From the NCBI RefSeq assembly GCF_009914755.1, contig NC_060926.1: a DNA stretch of 64,000 bases, one strand, 5' to 3'. The position numbers and the translations under genes were made by a program. This document shows, piece by piece, positions 32,330-59,305 of this stretch. This DNA comes from the human T2T-CHM13v2.0 reference genome, Homo sapiens. Position 1 is the first letter of the stretch. The number at the start of each line of letters is the position of its first letter. The notes under the pieces are model-generated. The model saw only the letters and a program-made list of their open reading frames with translations. It searched no databases and was not told the origin of the DNA.

Positions 32330-33212
32330 TTCTTGCTGACACCCCACATCCAGTTCCATCAGGACGTCCTGCAGGCTCCACCTTCAAAATCCATCTGGAA
32401 TCAGACTGCATCCCCCCACCTCGTGGCTTCCACTTGGTGCAAGCCCAATCCTGTCTCTCTCACTTAGCTACAGCAGCCTCTACACCCCTCTCTGCTTCCA
32501 CCCTTGTCCCTTCAGTCCATTCCCCTCACAGCAGCCAGAGGAACCCTTTGAAATCTGTCAGATCACGTTGCTCCTCAGCTTAGAAATCTTAACTGGTTTC
32601 CATTCTACTCAGAGTAAAAACCTATCTTAGCCAGGTGGGGGGAGTGCATTCATTGTCTGTTACTCGGGAGGCTGAGGCAGGAGGATTGCTTGAGTCCAGG
32701 AGTTCAAATGCAGCCTGAGCAACACAGTGAGACCCCATCAGTAAAAAACCAAAAAAACCAAAACCAAAGTCTTCACCAGGAGCTGCCAGGCCCTACGTGG
32801 TCTACAACATGCATATACATCCCCCGCCCCCCAACATCCCTGCTCTGCTCTCTGACCTTCCCTCCCATCCCCATCTCCTGCTACCCTGGCCTCCTTGATG
32901 CTACTAGATCACACTAAGCACATTCCCAAATCAGGGCCTTGGCACTCAGTCTGGAATGCCCGTCCTCCTGATGGCCACAATGTTCCTTCCCTCACTTCCT
33001 CCCGGGCTCCATCCCCCAACCCACCACCATTATTCTTCATAGCATTTCTCACCAGCTGATACTATATACTTATTTATTTGTTTATGGCCTGTCTTCCTCC
33101 ACTAAGATGTGAAATGCATGAGCAAAAAACCTTGTCTTATTCCCTGCTATATCCCTAGCATTTAAACAGTACTAGGTTCATAGATGATGCTCAGTAAATA
33201 TTCAATAAAGAA
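32330..33212 (+). mobile_element. L2 3' end with an Alu monomer at ~32628-32765
   Basis: caccttcaaaatccatctggaatc...gctcagtaaatatt L2 terminus. Confidence 0.75.
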
Positions 33213-33446
33213 ATCTCTCCAAGTCACTAAACATAAATATAACAACCTTTTCAATGGTTTTATAACATGTGCTAATATGAATAGATCACAATTCACGAAA
33301 CCATCTCCCGTTAATGATGTATATGTTGTTTTTCACTTTTTGCTACATTAAGCGATGCTTGTGACAGACATTTTTACGTACCCTTCTCTATTAGTCCTTT
33401 TGTTTCTATAGGATATCTTCTCTAAAGCTGGATTGGTGTGTCAAGA

Positions 33447-33757
<311 letters not shown>

Positions 33758-34354
33758 GAGAGAGATAGACATCAAGTTTGAATAGCCATTAGTGCTTTTC
33801 CTTAGTCACTGTTCATAGACAAATCCCCAAGCAAGGCCTCCATCATTTCCTGGAATCTGGGGCCAGTGCAATATTGCCCTTAGACCAGGCAAGAGGCCCT
33901 CTACCCTTTGGAGGGCCTTGCATGTCACAAACACAAAAATTAAATTTATTGAAGACCACATGGGAGCTTTTGTCACCTGGGATGCTGGACATATCACTGG
34001 CACAGTGTGACCCGTAATCGTGAGCACCGATGAGTGAGATGAACACCCTTAGTCTCCACATTTCCCTCCTATGTTCTCAAAACAAAAGGCTGCTGAGCCC
34101 AAACACTGCGAAGGTCTACAGGTTGTGCCCCTGCTGACACTGGAGACAGACACTGCTTTGGAGGGAGAAGGAATGTAATTGCCTCATATGTGTGTCCCTT
34201 CTCTCAGAGAGCATGAATTCAAGAGGTCCTGGCATAACCAAATATTATTTCTCAATAGTGCCAAGGGCCTATTTTTTTCTTAATTTGTCCTAATCCGTGA
34301 TTCTGGAGGCATTCACAAATTAGCTTAGTGTTTACAGGAGTCGCACGTGGTGGC

Positions 34355-37095
<2,741 letters not shown>

Positions 37096-37822
37096 AACTT
37101 CATATTTTTTTTTTTACCAAATGAGGATCTGATTACAGATCCAAAGAATAAGAAGGTATGTGGCCTCTGTTTGCACTTGCAAGTGTTGGGGGCAATGAAA
37201 CTGTGTCAATCAGCTTCCTTCTCCCCAGAGTCTGTTTTCAGGTTAGGCAGGAGAACAGGGCAGAGTCATTCCCAGAAGCCTGGGCCTTGTCAGATTCTTC
37301 AGAAGAGACGGCCTCCTGGGACACTCTGGGTCCCTGGCAGAGAGCTCAACCCTGACAGCCTCCCTGAGTCATACCAGAGCAGTCACTGGGTCCTGATGTC
37401 CCTGTTTCAGATGCTCTGCTCCCTGCCCCCGCATCTCTGGAGTCATCGGGCTGCTGCATGCCCATCAACCTGAGTAGTTGCAGGCTATTGGTGTCATTTC
37501 TGGAAAAGAAGGCAGCTGCTTCTCTGTTTGTTTTTCTCTTCCAACACAGTGCCCTATTTACCTACAGAACCACCACAAAGTGACAGCCCTGGCAGATCTG
37601 CTACCATTCAGCAGCTGCCTCAAGTCACCCAACATAGTGTTTGAGTCTCCAGTGAGAGGGAGGGAGACAAAGGCTGCATTCCACAGACCTGGTGATGGAG
37701 GCCCAGAGGAGAGAAGTGATTTCCTCAAGGTCACCCTGCTTCTCGGTAGCAGACCCAGGATTCTCAATCTTTAGTTCAGATGTTTCCCATTGTATGAATT
37801 AGGAATACTGAACTGTCTTCAC

Positions 37823-38125
37823 TTTTTGTTTGTTTGTTTGTCTTTGAGACAGGGTCTCACTCCCCTTGCCCAGGCTAGATTGCAGTGGTGCAATCACAGC
37901 TCACTGCAGCCTCAACTTTCTGGGCTTAGGTGATTTTCCCTTCTCAGCCTCCTGGGTATCTGGGACTACAGGTGTGTGCCACCATGCCTGGCTCATTTTT
38001 TGTATTTTAGTAGAGATGGGGTTTCGCTATGTTGCTCAGGCTGGTCTTGAACTCCTGGGCTCAAGTGATCCACCTGCCTTGGTCTCCCAAAGTGCTGGGA
38101 TTACAGGCGTGAGCCACATCTTGGT
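37823..38125 (-). mobile_element. AluJ-like
   Basis: Antisense Alu dimer. Confidence 0.9.
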
Positions 38126-38954
38126 TAGAAGTTTGTTCTTTTGTTTTTTTGCCCTCCTTTGTAAGACAGCCCTATCCTGATAAATTATCAGGATACAGGC
38201 TTAGGGATTGGGTGAGTTTACCAATGAGATTGCAAGAATGCTAATTAAATTATCCCTTTCCCAGGAGCCTCTGCTTCCTGAGGCTGCCCCACTCCCAGCC
38301 AGCAAATGCAAATGGACTTAACTGCAGTAAACTTTTGTTTACTTGGGGATGTTGGTTACATTTTCAACTGCAAAGATTTATAACCAAAGTTAAGGGGTTA
38401 TAAAAAGACCTCAGTGTCCTATTTATTATAACGTGAAAAGTAAATATCCAGACTACTTTATTTGCAATAGCAAAAGTTTGGAAATAACTAACTTGCCCAT
38501 TAAAATAGGATTGATGAAATGACTTCTAGTACATCCACAGGACAGCATACTATGGAGATATGAAAAAGGAATGATACAGAAGCTTTCCTTTTTACTTTTA
38601 AGTTATATTTTTTGCATAATAATCTACAAATAGAATACTGTATAATGAAAAGCCTCCCTTCTATTCTGTCTCCCAGCCACCAAGTTCACCTTCCGACAGG
38701 CAACCAGCATGACCTATTTCTTCTGTAACCTTTTAAAGACATTTCATTCACATAGAAGCATTTATAAGGATAGTCAGCCCAGTATTTTGAGGCTGGGCTC
38801 AAATGCCTCTGGCTTTTTTCATTTACTGTTTTCATTTGTTCAGGAAACACTTACCGAGCACCTACTATGTGTCAAGCACTCTTTTAGGCATTTGGAATTT
38901 GGTAGTGAACAAAACAAATACATTTCTTGCCCTCCTGGAGCTTACATTTAAAAA

Positions 38955-39250
38955 AATTTTTTTTTTTTCCAAGACAAGGTCTTGCTCTGTCACCCAGGCT
39001 GGAGTGCAGTGATGTGAACACTGCTTGCTTCAGCCTCGGCCTCCTGGGCTCAAGTGATCCTTCTGCCTCAGCCTTCCAAGTAGGTGGGACTACAGGCACC
39101 CACCACTACCCCCAGCCAGTTTTTAAATTTTCTGTAGAGACGGGGTCTCACCATGTTGCCCAGGCTGGTCTCAAACTCCTGGGCTCAAGCAATCCTCCCT
39201 TCTTGCCCTCCCAAAGTGCTAGCATTACAAGTGAGCCACTGAGCTGGCCA
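38955..39250 (-). mobile_element. AluJ-like within an L2 remnant
   Basis: Antisense Alu, flanked by cttacattt on both sides. Confidence 0.9.
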
Positions 39251-39413
39251 CACTTACATTTTTGTGGGATATAAATAAACAAGTGATATATAGTGATAAG
39301 TGGTAAGTGCTATGGAGCAAAACAGGGTAAGGGGATAGATGTGTGTGCATGTATGCATGTGTGTGTGGCGAGGGTGGTGGTGAATGGGATGTGGATATTT
39401 TATGATAGGGTGG

Positions 39414-39971
39414 TGTGGAAGACCAGAATATGCCACCCCAAAATATGAAGGATTTTTGAGCTAAAGACAATTAAGAAGAAGCAGATACAGGAAAGCTCTC
39501 TGCCCTCCTTCTATTTGCCTAAAAGCAGGACATAGATTTACAAAGGCAAAAGATATCCTACCCTGCTACCCTTCTTCCAGGGAAAACAAAGATTAGCACT
39601 GAAGGTCTAACTTTGGACCCTTATCAGCCTGGAGATGTCACCAGAGGAAGCCACATGAACAGGCCTTACTAGCCAGGCTGTATCTGCCATTTATTGGCTT
39701 TCTCACAAGTTGCTGCCCCTAGAGACTCAAAATCCTTTTCCTTTGCCTTGTCACTTCTCTAAATATTCATTGTTCTTTGTTGACAATGCCACATAAGCTA
39801 GAATTCAAAGCCACCTTTTTGAGAACTACTCATTCTCTGGGTGTGTTCCATGTATACATTAAATATACATGTTAAACTTCAGTTTGTTTTTATCTCATCT
39901 TTTGCTACAAGGGTCTTTTCCAATCAAAAACCTATGAGGGTTGAAGAAAAAATTATTTTTATTCTCCTATA
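39414..39971 (+). mobile_element. MER34-like ERV1 solo LTR
   Basis: tgtggaagaccagaatatgccaccccaaaatatg start. TSD gtgg/gtgg. Confidence 0.75.
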
Positions 39972-40309
39972 GTGGTCAGTGAAAGATTTGCCAAGGCCTG
40001 AAGAAAGTGAGAGAGTGAGCCAGGTTTCTTCTGCTTTGAATCCAGATATCTGGATTTGAACCTTCAAAGCCTTCAAACCCTCCACGTGGAGCGGAAGGAA
40101 CTTGCTCTGAGGAACAAAGCAGTTATGGTTGAAACTGAGTGAATATATCTTGGAGATCTTCTGTATCATGAGAACTTGCTCATTCTTTTTACACCTGCAT
40201 CTTATTCCATTGTATGTGTGCACCACGGCTGAATTAAGCAGGCTGTTACTAATGGAGATTTCTAAGACATCTGTTCTTTTGTGATTGCAAACAATATTGC
40301 AGTGAGTAA

Positions 40310-40778
<469 letters not shown>

Positions 40779-41162
40779 AATTCATTATTCTTTAAGTAAA
40801 TACGTATTGAGCACCTACCATGAACCAGGTACTAGTCTAAATGCTGACAGTTGAGAATTGGAACAGAAACCACAACTTGCCAAGCATATCCTGACTCACA
40901 GAACAGATTGACTGTGCCAGACCAGTCATGCCAGAAGCTATGACGTGCTTCATACACTATCAAAACTCAATACTCAACACCGATTTGTTCAGACCCATGA
41001 TCCCAAGGTGAGACCACTGACAATTCCATTAATTATCTAGTTTTCAAAATCTAACCAATCCTTGCAAAGAGCACCCTCTAAATAACATCTGGGACAAAAT
41101 ATACCCATTAGTGAAGACCATTTGACTTTGGGTAGTGCAATAGGAAGAACATTCATTAATGA

Positions 41163-41495
<333 letters not shown>

Positions 41496-41648
41496 AAACT
41501 TGCATTTTGATAAAACAAGGGTGTCATTGAGGAAGAGTGGAGGCAAGTCTCATCTTGGACATGTCAGGTGAGGTGGTCCTTTGTAGTTAGCCTTTTCTCT
41601 GAACATAAGGGTGGTGGGATTTCCTAACCATTAAAAAGGTGCTATCTC

Positions 41649-41949
41649 GGCCGGGCATGGTGGCTCATGCCTGTAATCCCAGCACTTTGGGAGGCCTAGG
41701 CAGGCAGATCACGAGGTCAGGAGTTCGAGACCAGCCTGGCCAACATGCTGAAACCTTGTCTCTACTAAAAACACAAAAAAAATTAGTCGAGTATGGTGGT
41801 ACGCTCCTGTAGTTCCAGCTACTCGGGAGGCTGAGGCAGGAGAATCGCTTGAACCTGGGAGGGGGAGGTTGCAGTGAGCCTAGATCGCACTACTGCACTC
41901 CGGCCTGGCAACAGAGCAAGATTCTGCCTCAAAAAAAAAAAAAAAAAAA
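41649..41949 (+). mobile_element. AluS-like
   Basis: TSD aaaaaggtgctat. Confidence 0.95.
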
Positions 41950-43553
41950 GGTGCTATATAGCTTTGGGCTTTGGAGTTTTTTTTTTTTTAATGACAGCTT
42001 GACATATGATTCACATATTATACAATTAACTCATTTAGAGTGTACAATTCAATGGTTTTTGGTATATTCTTGGTAAATTTATGCGACCATCACTAGGATT
42101 AATTGTAGAACTTTTTTCTTTTGTGTCTTTCTTTCTTTCTTTTTTTTTTTTTTTTTTTTAGACAGAGTCTGCAACATGTGCCTCCCGAGTTCATGCCATT
42201 CTCCTGCCTCAGTCTCCGGAGTAGCTGGGATTACAGGTGCCCGCCACCACGCCTGGCTGATTTTTGTATTTTTAGTAGAGACAGGGTTTCACCATGTTGG
42301 CCAGGCTGGTCTCAAACTGCTGACCTCATGATCTGCCTGCCTTGGCCTCCCAAAGTGCTGGGAATACAGATGTGAGCCACTGCGCCCGGCCAATTGTAGA
42401 ACATTTTCATTACCCTCAAAAGAAACCTCATACCAATTAACTGTCATTTTCCATTTTCCCATTGCCTATTCCTAGGCAATTGCTAATCTGTTCTTGCCTC
42501 TATAGATTTGCCTCTTCTGGACATTTCATATAAATTGAATTATTCATTATGTGATCATCTTTTGTGACTGATTTCTTTCACTTTGCATAATGTTGTCAAG
42601 GTCTATCCATTCTAGCATGCATCAATACTTCATTTCTTTTTATTGCTGAATTATACTCCATTGTATACCATATTTTGTTTATCCATTCATCAGTTGGTGG
42701 ACATTTGGGTTGTTTCTACTTTTTCGTTATAATGAATAATATTGCTAATAAACATTCAGGTAAAAATTTTTGTGTGAACATATGTTTTCAATTCTTTTGG
42801 CCATGGACCTAGGAGTGGAATTGATAGATCCAATAGTAACTCTATGTTTAATCTTTTGAGGAACTGCCGAACTATTTTCCAAAGCAGCTGCACCATTTTA
42901 CATTTCCACCAGCAATATGAGGGTTGCAATTTCTCCATATTTTTTGCCAACACTTGGGTTTTTAAACATTTTTTATTACAGTGTAGGGGCAGAAAGGTGT
43001 GATACTTTTCCTCACCCATCATAAGGCACATGGCCAACACTCTGATAACAAAAGACAGGTTAACAAGAGAAAAGCATAACAAATTTATTTAATCAAAGTT
43101 TTATGTGACACAGGAGCCTTCAGAAATGAAGGCCCAACAACTTAGGGAAAACCGTTTATTTTTTGCTTAGGTTTGATTAAGAAGGGACTGCCTTATAGAA
43201 ATGTGATTGGACAAAGAGGTACAAGTGAATAGGAATAGACTGAGGGGGAAAACCCAGCAAGGCCTGTCCAGATTCATCTTGGCCTCTCTGTGGAGCATCA
43301 CTCTACCCTTCCCAGGTGCGGGACAAGACTCCCCTGAAATAAGGGCCTTCACGGGAGAAGGGAGAGAGTGACCTTTCTAGGTTTTATGGCTTGCTTTTGG
43401 AGAGAGGGTCTCTGGTTTCTATGACTCACCTTAGAAGAATTCTTATTTCTATGAGGAGAAAGAAGGGTGGGAGACAGGAGGACGGGAGAAGGTCAGAGAG
43501 ATCTTGCTTCTGAGATCCTTCCAAGCTCTTTTAGTTCAAAGTACTTGCCATGC

Positions 43554-45053
<1,500 letters not shown>

Positions 45054-45649
45054 ATGCTAAAGCACCATAATTGGAGATATTGTGTTCTGAGCCCCAATAA
45101 TAGCTATTCTAGTGGGCACGAAATGAGATCTCATTGTGGTTTTTCTGGGTTTTGTTATTTAAGGTAAAATGTCACATGAAGTCTTATACTATCTATCCTC
45201 CACCATAACCACCACACAGATTGTCTCTCATGGTAGCCTTTAATCTCCCTCTGGGAAACACACCTTTCTTCTTTTTGGCTTTGCTTTTCTTGCTTCTGTT
45301 TTTCACTGCAAGTCATCAATTTCTGATGAAATACACTCATCCCAAACTGAGGCTTGAAAAAACTGGTGTAATATAGTTACTTTTCATACTGTGTAATTTT
45401 TGTCTTTAGTAACTTTCCAAACTCTGAAGTTATCTCTTAAAGAGGTTCGTAGCTATCTATTTCATAAACTGTGTTATTAACACCAAAGGTTTATTTTGCT
45501 AATTCGAGATCTGACTTCTTCTGTGATTTCTTTAGTTGCGATTTATCTGCTGTTTTTTCTGGTGTTAGCACTTTAGGTTTTTCACGTTCTTCTAACTTCT
45601 TCTTGATTTCTTATTATCTTTTCTTCTGTTGCCGTTCTTTGTCTTTTAT

Positions 45650-46451
<802 letters not shown>

Positions 46452-46494
46452 GTATCTTCTCTGTCATTTTTTTCTTTTCTGAAAATTTTACTTC

Positions 46495-46808
46495 TTTTTT
46501 TTTTGAGACAGGGTCTTACTCTGTCGCCCAGGCCAGAGTGCAGTGGCACCATCTCGGCTCACTGCAGCCTTGACCTCCTAGGCTCAAGTGATCCTCCTGG
46601 GCTCAAGTGATCAATCCTTCCATCTCAGCCTCCCGAGTAGCTGGGACCATAGGTGTGCACCACCACACCCGGCTAATATTTGTATTTTTGTAGAGACAGG
46701 ATTTTGCCATGTTGTCTAGGATGGTCTTGAACTCCTGGGCTCAAGCAATCCTCCCGCCTTGGCCTCCCAACGTGCTAGGATTACAGGCACGAGCTACCAT
46801 GCCTGGCC
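46495..46808 (-). mobile_element. AluJ-like inserted in the EIF3J pseudogene
   Basis: TSD tgaaa(a/t)ttttacttct duplicates pseudogene coding sequence. Confidence 0.95.
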
Positions 46809-47528
46809 TGAAATTTTTACTTCTGGTTTTGCTTCTGCTTCCTTCCTTCCCTGCCCGACACATCATCATCATCCCAGTTATCCTTGATGTCTCCATCTTC
46901 TCCTTCCCAGTGGTCCCCTACCTTGTAGTGCCAGTGCCCTCCACACTCCACAGAGAATGAGTCCATGTCCCAAGAGTCCAAGTCCTCCCACCTATCATCA
47001 CTGCTGCCATCTGAAGCCAGGTATGGCTGGGCCTGAAGGGAAGAGTTAGCGCAGCAGAGGTGAGAGGTAAGATGCTGGATTTGCTCTCGTTGGCTGGCAA
47101 GGGCCCTCAATGGTTGTGACTGGCATTTCCCTGATGGCTAGTGATGTTCGGCGGCTTTTCATATGCTTGTTTATTATTTTTTAAGTTGCATTGTCTCTTT
47201 TGATGAATAAGGTTATGCATCCTTGTATATGTTTAAGAGCCCTCTGTATGTTATTTTCTATGAATTGTTTATATCTTTTATTTGGTTTTCTTTTGGGATG
47301 TTGTTTCTTTTTCTTGTTTTCTTTCTTCCTTTCTTGGCCTTTTTGAAGAACTAACTCATAGATTTATTTATTAGTGCTAATTTTTATGTTTTGTAATTCA
47401 TTTGTTTATCCTTTATTAATTTCTTCCTCTTGCTTTCCTTAGGAACGATTTTCTTCCCTTCCCCCTATAACTTTCTTGAGTTTTTTTGTTAAATGAATTT
47501 TATTATTTTGATTAAAATTATTTTTAAC

Positions 47529-50777
<3,249 letters not shown>

Positions 50778-51400
50778 ACAACCTTTCTTAATCATTTTGT
50801 TTTATCATTAGGTTTTACTTTGTGATTAAATATGAGAATGTCTTTCAGCAGGTGATTGTCATATCAACAAGCAAGTCATCTTACTTGTTGATATGACAAT
50901 TATGTGTTGGTCTATTATCTTTGCTTTATTATTGTTTGTGTTTTTAGTGATAATTTGAAAGGTGTGTATTATTTTTGTTCTAGTAGCTACCTTTATCACT
51001 TTTTTAAGAAATAATTTTTAGAAAACGATAAAGACATAACCCTCATGTAGATACAAGAATGAACATGTGTTGAAGATTTTATTTTTCTCCTTAATTAGCA
51101 AGGGAACCAGTCAGGAATGATAACTCTTTCAAAGGAAAAAGTCAAAGGAACACAAATTTAAATGGACAAAGAGATTGAATTACAAATGGAGGCAAACTGG
51201 TTTTTCCACAAGGGAAAGAACTCAAAGGAAACTCTCCTAGGTAATACAGTTTGCATATCTATCAGTCACCTACGATTTACAAAGAGATGCAAAATAGCTC
51301 AAAGACAATGAACAGGACCAAAAAATGCAGTTTTTCATTGAAGTACAAAATTGCTTCTTATAGTCTTAATATTAATTAGATAATTACTAATTAGTGATAA

Positions 51401-52115
51401 TGTAACCGCCCAACAGGTTCACCTTGCCCGCTGCCTAGATGGAGCTGATGTATCAAGACAGGGGCACTGCAAAAGAGAAAGAGTTTAATTCATGCAGAGC
51501 CAGCTGTACGGGAGACTGGAATTTTATTATTATTCAAATCAGTCTCCCTGAAATTCGAGGATGGCGGATTTTAGGATAATGTGATAGGCAGGGGCCAGTG
51601 AATCAGGAGTACTGATTGGTTGGGTCGGAGATGAAATCATAAGGAGTCAAAGCTGTCCTCTTGTGCTGAGTCAGTTCCTGGGTGGGGGCCACAAGACCAG
51701 ATGAGCCAGTTTTTTGATCTGGGTGATGCCAGCTGATCCATCAAGTGCAAAATATCTCAAGCGCTGATCTTAGGTTTTACAATAGTGATATCATCCCCAG
51801 GAGGGCCAAAATCTTTCAGCCTCCATCTGCGTGACTCCTAAACCATAATTTCTAATCTTGTGGTTAATTTGTTAGTCCTGCAAAGGCAGTCTAGTCCCCA
51901 GGTCAGAAGGGGAAGGGCATTGTCCTTGTTTGGGAAGGGACATCATCCTTGTTTCAAAGTTAAACTATAAACTAAGTTACTCCCAAAGTTAGTTTGGCTT
52001 ATGCCAAGGAATGAACAAGGACAGTTTGGAGGTTAGAACCAAGATGGAGTTGGTTAAGTCAGATCTCTTTTACTGTAATAATTTTCTCAGTTATAATTTT
52101 GCAACTACAGTTTCA
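51401..52115 (-). mobile_element. LTR8-like solo LTR
   Basis: tgtaaccgcccaacaggttcaccttgcccgctgcctag...ataattttgcaactacagtttca with TSD ataa/gtaa. Confidence 0.85.
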
Positions 52116-52304
52116 GTAATACTCTTAATCTTCTGTTTCTTTAGACATATCTATCAATTTTGTTTATAGGATGAGCAGCTAATTCCAGTTTCCCTGGGAA
52201 TTTCCTGGCTTCCACACTGAAAGTCTCTCATCGTGGGAAACCCCTCAATCGATGGAAAACCAGGACCGTTGGTCACTGAAATTTTCTACTATAAGAAATG
52301 ATAG

Positions 52305-53045
<741 letters not shown>

Positions 53046-53074
53046 TCTCAGCATCAGAAGCTTTTTTTTAGATA

Positions 53075-53245
53075 ATAGTGGTACAAAACCTTGACTATAC
53101 CTGAATAAGTTTTTTAAAATTCGGATGCTTGGGGCCCAACCCCAGAAATTCTAATTTAATTGGTCTAGGATATGGCTTGGCCATCTAGGATTTTAAAAGT
53201 CTACTCAGGTAGCTCTAATGTTCAGGCAAGGTTGTGAATTGCCAA
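53075..53245. mobile_element. MER5-like hAT MITE
   Basis: ccccagaaattctaatttaattggtctagga...caggtagctctaatgttcag. Confidence 0.65.
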
Positions 53246-53299
53246 TATGTAAAGATATGGAGCCATCTGCAAGATGTATTGAATGCAGAGTAGTGTATA

Positions 53300-53622
53300 C
53301 AGACGGCCTCTGACATACAGTGGCTTGACTTATTATGATTTCTGACTTTATAATGGTATCCATACAACCATTCTGTTTTTCACTTTCAGTACTGCATTCA
53401 ATAAATTACATAAGATATTCAACCCTTTATTATAAAATAAGCATTGTGTTAGATGATTTTACCCAACTGTGCACTAAGTGTTTTGAGCGCATTTAAGGTA
53501 GGCTGGGCTAAGCTATGGTGTTTGGTAGGCTCAGTGTATTAAATGAATTTTTGATTTACGACATTTTAAACTTACAATGAGTTTATCAGGACGTAGCTTA
53601 ATTGTAAGTCGAGAAGTATCTG
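53300..53622. mobile_element. Tigger-derived MITE (MER47-like)
   Basis: TA-flanked cagacgg...tatctg termini and gtaagtcgag motif. Confidence 0.7.
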
Positions 53623-53831
53623 TATAGCATGTCACCACTATGTAGAAAATGGAAAAGAAAAAGAAAATATTTATATATTTCCGTATATGTACATAAACCA
53701 TCTCTGCAAGGACGTAGAGGGAACTGGTAATGTTGGTTGCTGCCAGGTATGTGAACTTAGGGAGTAGGAGGGAGATTTTTCACTGTGTACTTTTTGGACC
53801 TTGTGAATCTATTATTAATGTTTTAAAGTTA

Positions 53832-55132
<1,301 letters not shown>

Positions 55133-55397
55133 AATCCTGTTTTTATGTAGAGACAAACTTTCCCTCTACTGGAGTGAGTAGGCTTTGTCCTGCTAGTGTG
55201 GTGGCCTTTGTGCCTCTCCCTTCCTGGGCCACTTGGTATCTTCTCTTCTTGCTCAGAAGGAAGCCCGACCACTGAGCCTTCAACATCAGCCCCGCTGCCT
55301 CATGGGAGAGGGTTTGGGGGCCGCTACCATTGGAGCTGGGCAGCTGCCAGTGGATGCCCAGGCAAACTCTACTGATTGTCTCTCACATGAGGGACAC

Positions 55398-57142
<1,745 letters not shown>

Positions 57143-57371
57143 ACACTGTGCTAGGCTTTGGGTGGTTGGCGAAAAGTCAGCAGATAGGACTCTGCCCACA
57201 GGTCTTCCCTGTCTGAGGTGGTGGCCGAGACATGTGTACAGAAGCAGGCCTGTCCCTAACATTTATGGAGCCAGCATGAGAGTATCAGTGTAAGCTTGCT
57301 ATTACATATTGAAATATTTATTTTTAATTAAAAATTTTTTTAACCTTCCCTCTTTTTCTGCCTCATTTACA

Positions 57372-57668
57372 TTTTTTTGAGACAAAGTCTCACTCTGTCA
57401 CCCAGGCTGGAGTGCAGTGGCGCAATCTCAGCTCACTGCAGGCCCAACCTCCCTGGGCTCAAGCAATCCTCCTAATTTAGTCTCTCAGGTAGCTGGGACT
57501 ATAGGTGTGTGCCACCATGCCTGGCTATTTTTTTTTTTTTCTATATTTTGTAGAGATGGGGTTTCATCATGTTTCCCAGGCAGTTCTCAAACTCCTGGGC
57601 TCAAGCAATTCACCTGCCTCTGCCTCCCAAAGTGCTGGGATTACGGGTGTGAGCCGCCGCACCTGGCC
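57372..57668 (-). mobile_element. AluJ-like
   Basis: Antisense Alu dimer. Confidence 0.9.
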
Positions 57669-57881
57669 TTAATATTTTTAAATATTTAAGTGTATACACT
57701 TTTAAATATTTAAAAGGTATAACTCAAGCTAAGAAACTGATGACTTAAAACAAAAAAACTGTTGACTAAAATATTATCTATTCTCTCCCCTTTATATATA
57801 TAACTTCATAATGAATTAAGAAAGCCAGGTTTGAATGTAGAACTCTTTCTGATTTCTTGGCATTCTGTGCTTGGATATGGC

Positions 57882-58433
57882 TGTGGCAGGCAGCTTCTAA
57901 GATGACATGCAGTGATTCCCACCTTTGACATTTACATCCTTATGTAATCCCCTCCTCTTGAGTGTGGGCAAGACCCATGAGCTGCTTCTAACCTACAGAA
58001 TACGGCAAAGGTAATGGGATGTTCCATTCATGATTAGGTGATATAAGACAGTGGCTTCTCTCTTGCTAGCAGATGCCCACTCTTCCTGGCTTTGATGAAG
58101 CAAGTTGCCTTGTTCCAGGGATCCATATTACTAATGAATGAGGGCAGCCTCCAGCCAATAGCCAGCAGGGAACTGAGGCCCTCAGTCCAGCAACCCTCAA
58201 GGAACTGAAATGCTGCTAACGACCACATGGATGTAGAAGCAGATCCTTCCCCAATCAAGCCTTGAGATGAGACTGCAGCCCCAGACAACACCTCCTGAGA
58301 GACTCTGAAACAGAGAGCCTGGCTAAGCCCTGCCCATATTCCTAACTCACAGAAACTGTGAGATAATACATATGTGCCATTTTAAGCTGTAAGTTGGTGG
58401 TCATTTGTTACGCAACAATAGGTAACTAATATA
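57882..58433 (+). mobile_element. MLT1F/E-like LTR
   Basis: tgtggcaggcagcttctaagatg...cacagaaactgtgagataata...gcaacaataggtaactaatata. Confidence 0.85.
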
Positions 58434-59129
58434 ATGGCACTGCTGGAAAAGTGGCCCCCAGTTAGTGGCCCAGCCATCTTCTCTTCCTACCTGCTCTTCA
58501 TCCTGAACCTGGAAGGGCCTCAAGTCCATCTCTGTGGACACCCCAGCTCTCATGTCAGTTCTGCCCACCCCCCACTCCACACTCCTGGACATAGGCCTAG
58601 AGGGTGCATGCATTTGGCAAGTGCTACCTATGAGCCCAGTGTTGCTCTTGGGAAGGTGGGCCAGGGGACAAACCCCAGCAAGCCCTGGGAATAGCTCAGG
58701 GACATTAGTGCAGGGAATTCTAGGGTCGCAGGTACCCATAGCATTCTAGAGGAGGGGCTTCAGGTCCTCGGCCCTCCACAGACTCTCCACCCGACTGGTA
58801 AGGGTGGAGCAAGGCCCTCTAGAGCACAGGGCCGAGGCCAGGAACCCCTCACCCATGGAGGCCAGCGCTGCACTCAAGGAGCACTGGCTGAGGGCCAGGT
58901 GATGGGACCAGACCCAGAGGGCTGCCTGACGAGGGCCAGAGGGCAGTGCTGCAGCACACCTGAGAGGAATCTTTACCGGGAACTGCGGGTGGAGCTGGGC
59001 CAGGAATGTGGGAGGGCTAAAGCACCAGCAATGGGAGGACCTCCAGCAGGACAGCCCTAGTCACTGGCTTCCAACAACGTAGTTTCTTTAGGGTGGAGAG
59101 GAGCTGGGGCTATTGAGTCATAGTGCATT

Positions 59130-59305
59130 TGTTCAAGCCCCGCCTCTGCACACTGGTACATGACTCTAGTCAAATTACCTAAACTCTGAGTCTCAGTTTC
59201 CTTCTCTGTAAAATGAGGATAATAATAGAACTTATGCCATAGGTTTGTGGAGAGGATTAGTGCATGTGAAATGCCTGATAAGTGTAATGAATATTGGCTG
59301 TTATT
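59130..59305 (+). mobile_element. MIR
   Basis: ctctgagtctcagtttccttctctgtaaaatgaggataataatag. Confidence 0.85.

Noticed and set aside
46817-47110. Functional eIF3j N-terminal microprotein
   Set aside because: The true ATG remnant is out of frame with the homologous residues, and the copy is frameshifted and interrupted.
57675-57714. AT-rich quasi-palindrome around gtgtatacac
   Set aside because: Low complexity and bulged, so not distinguishable from background.
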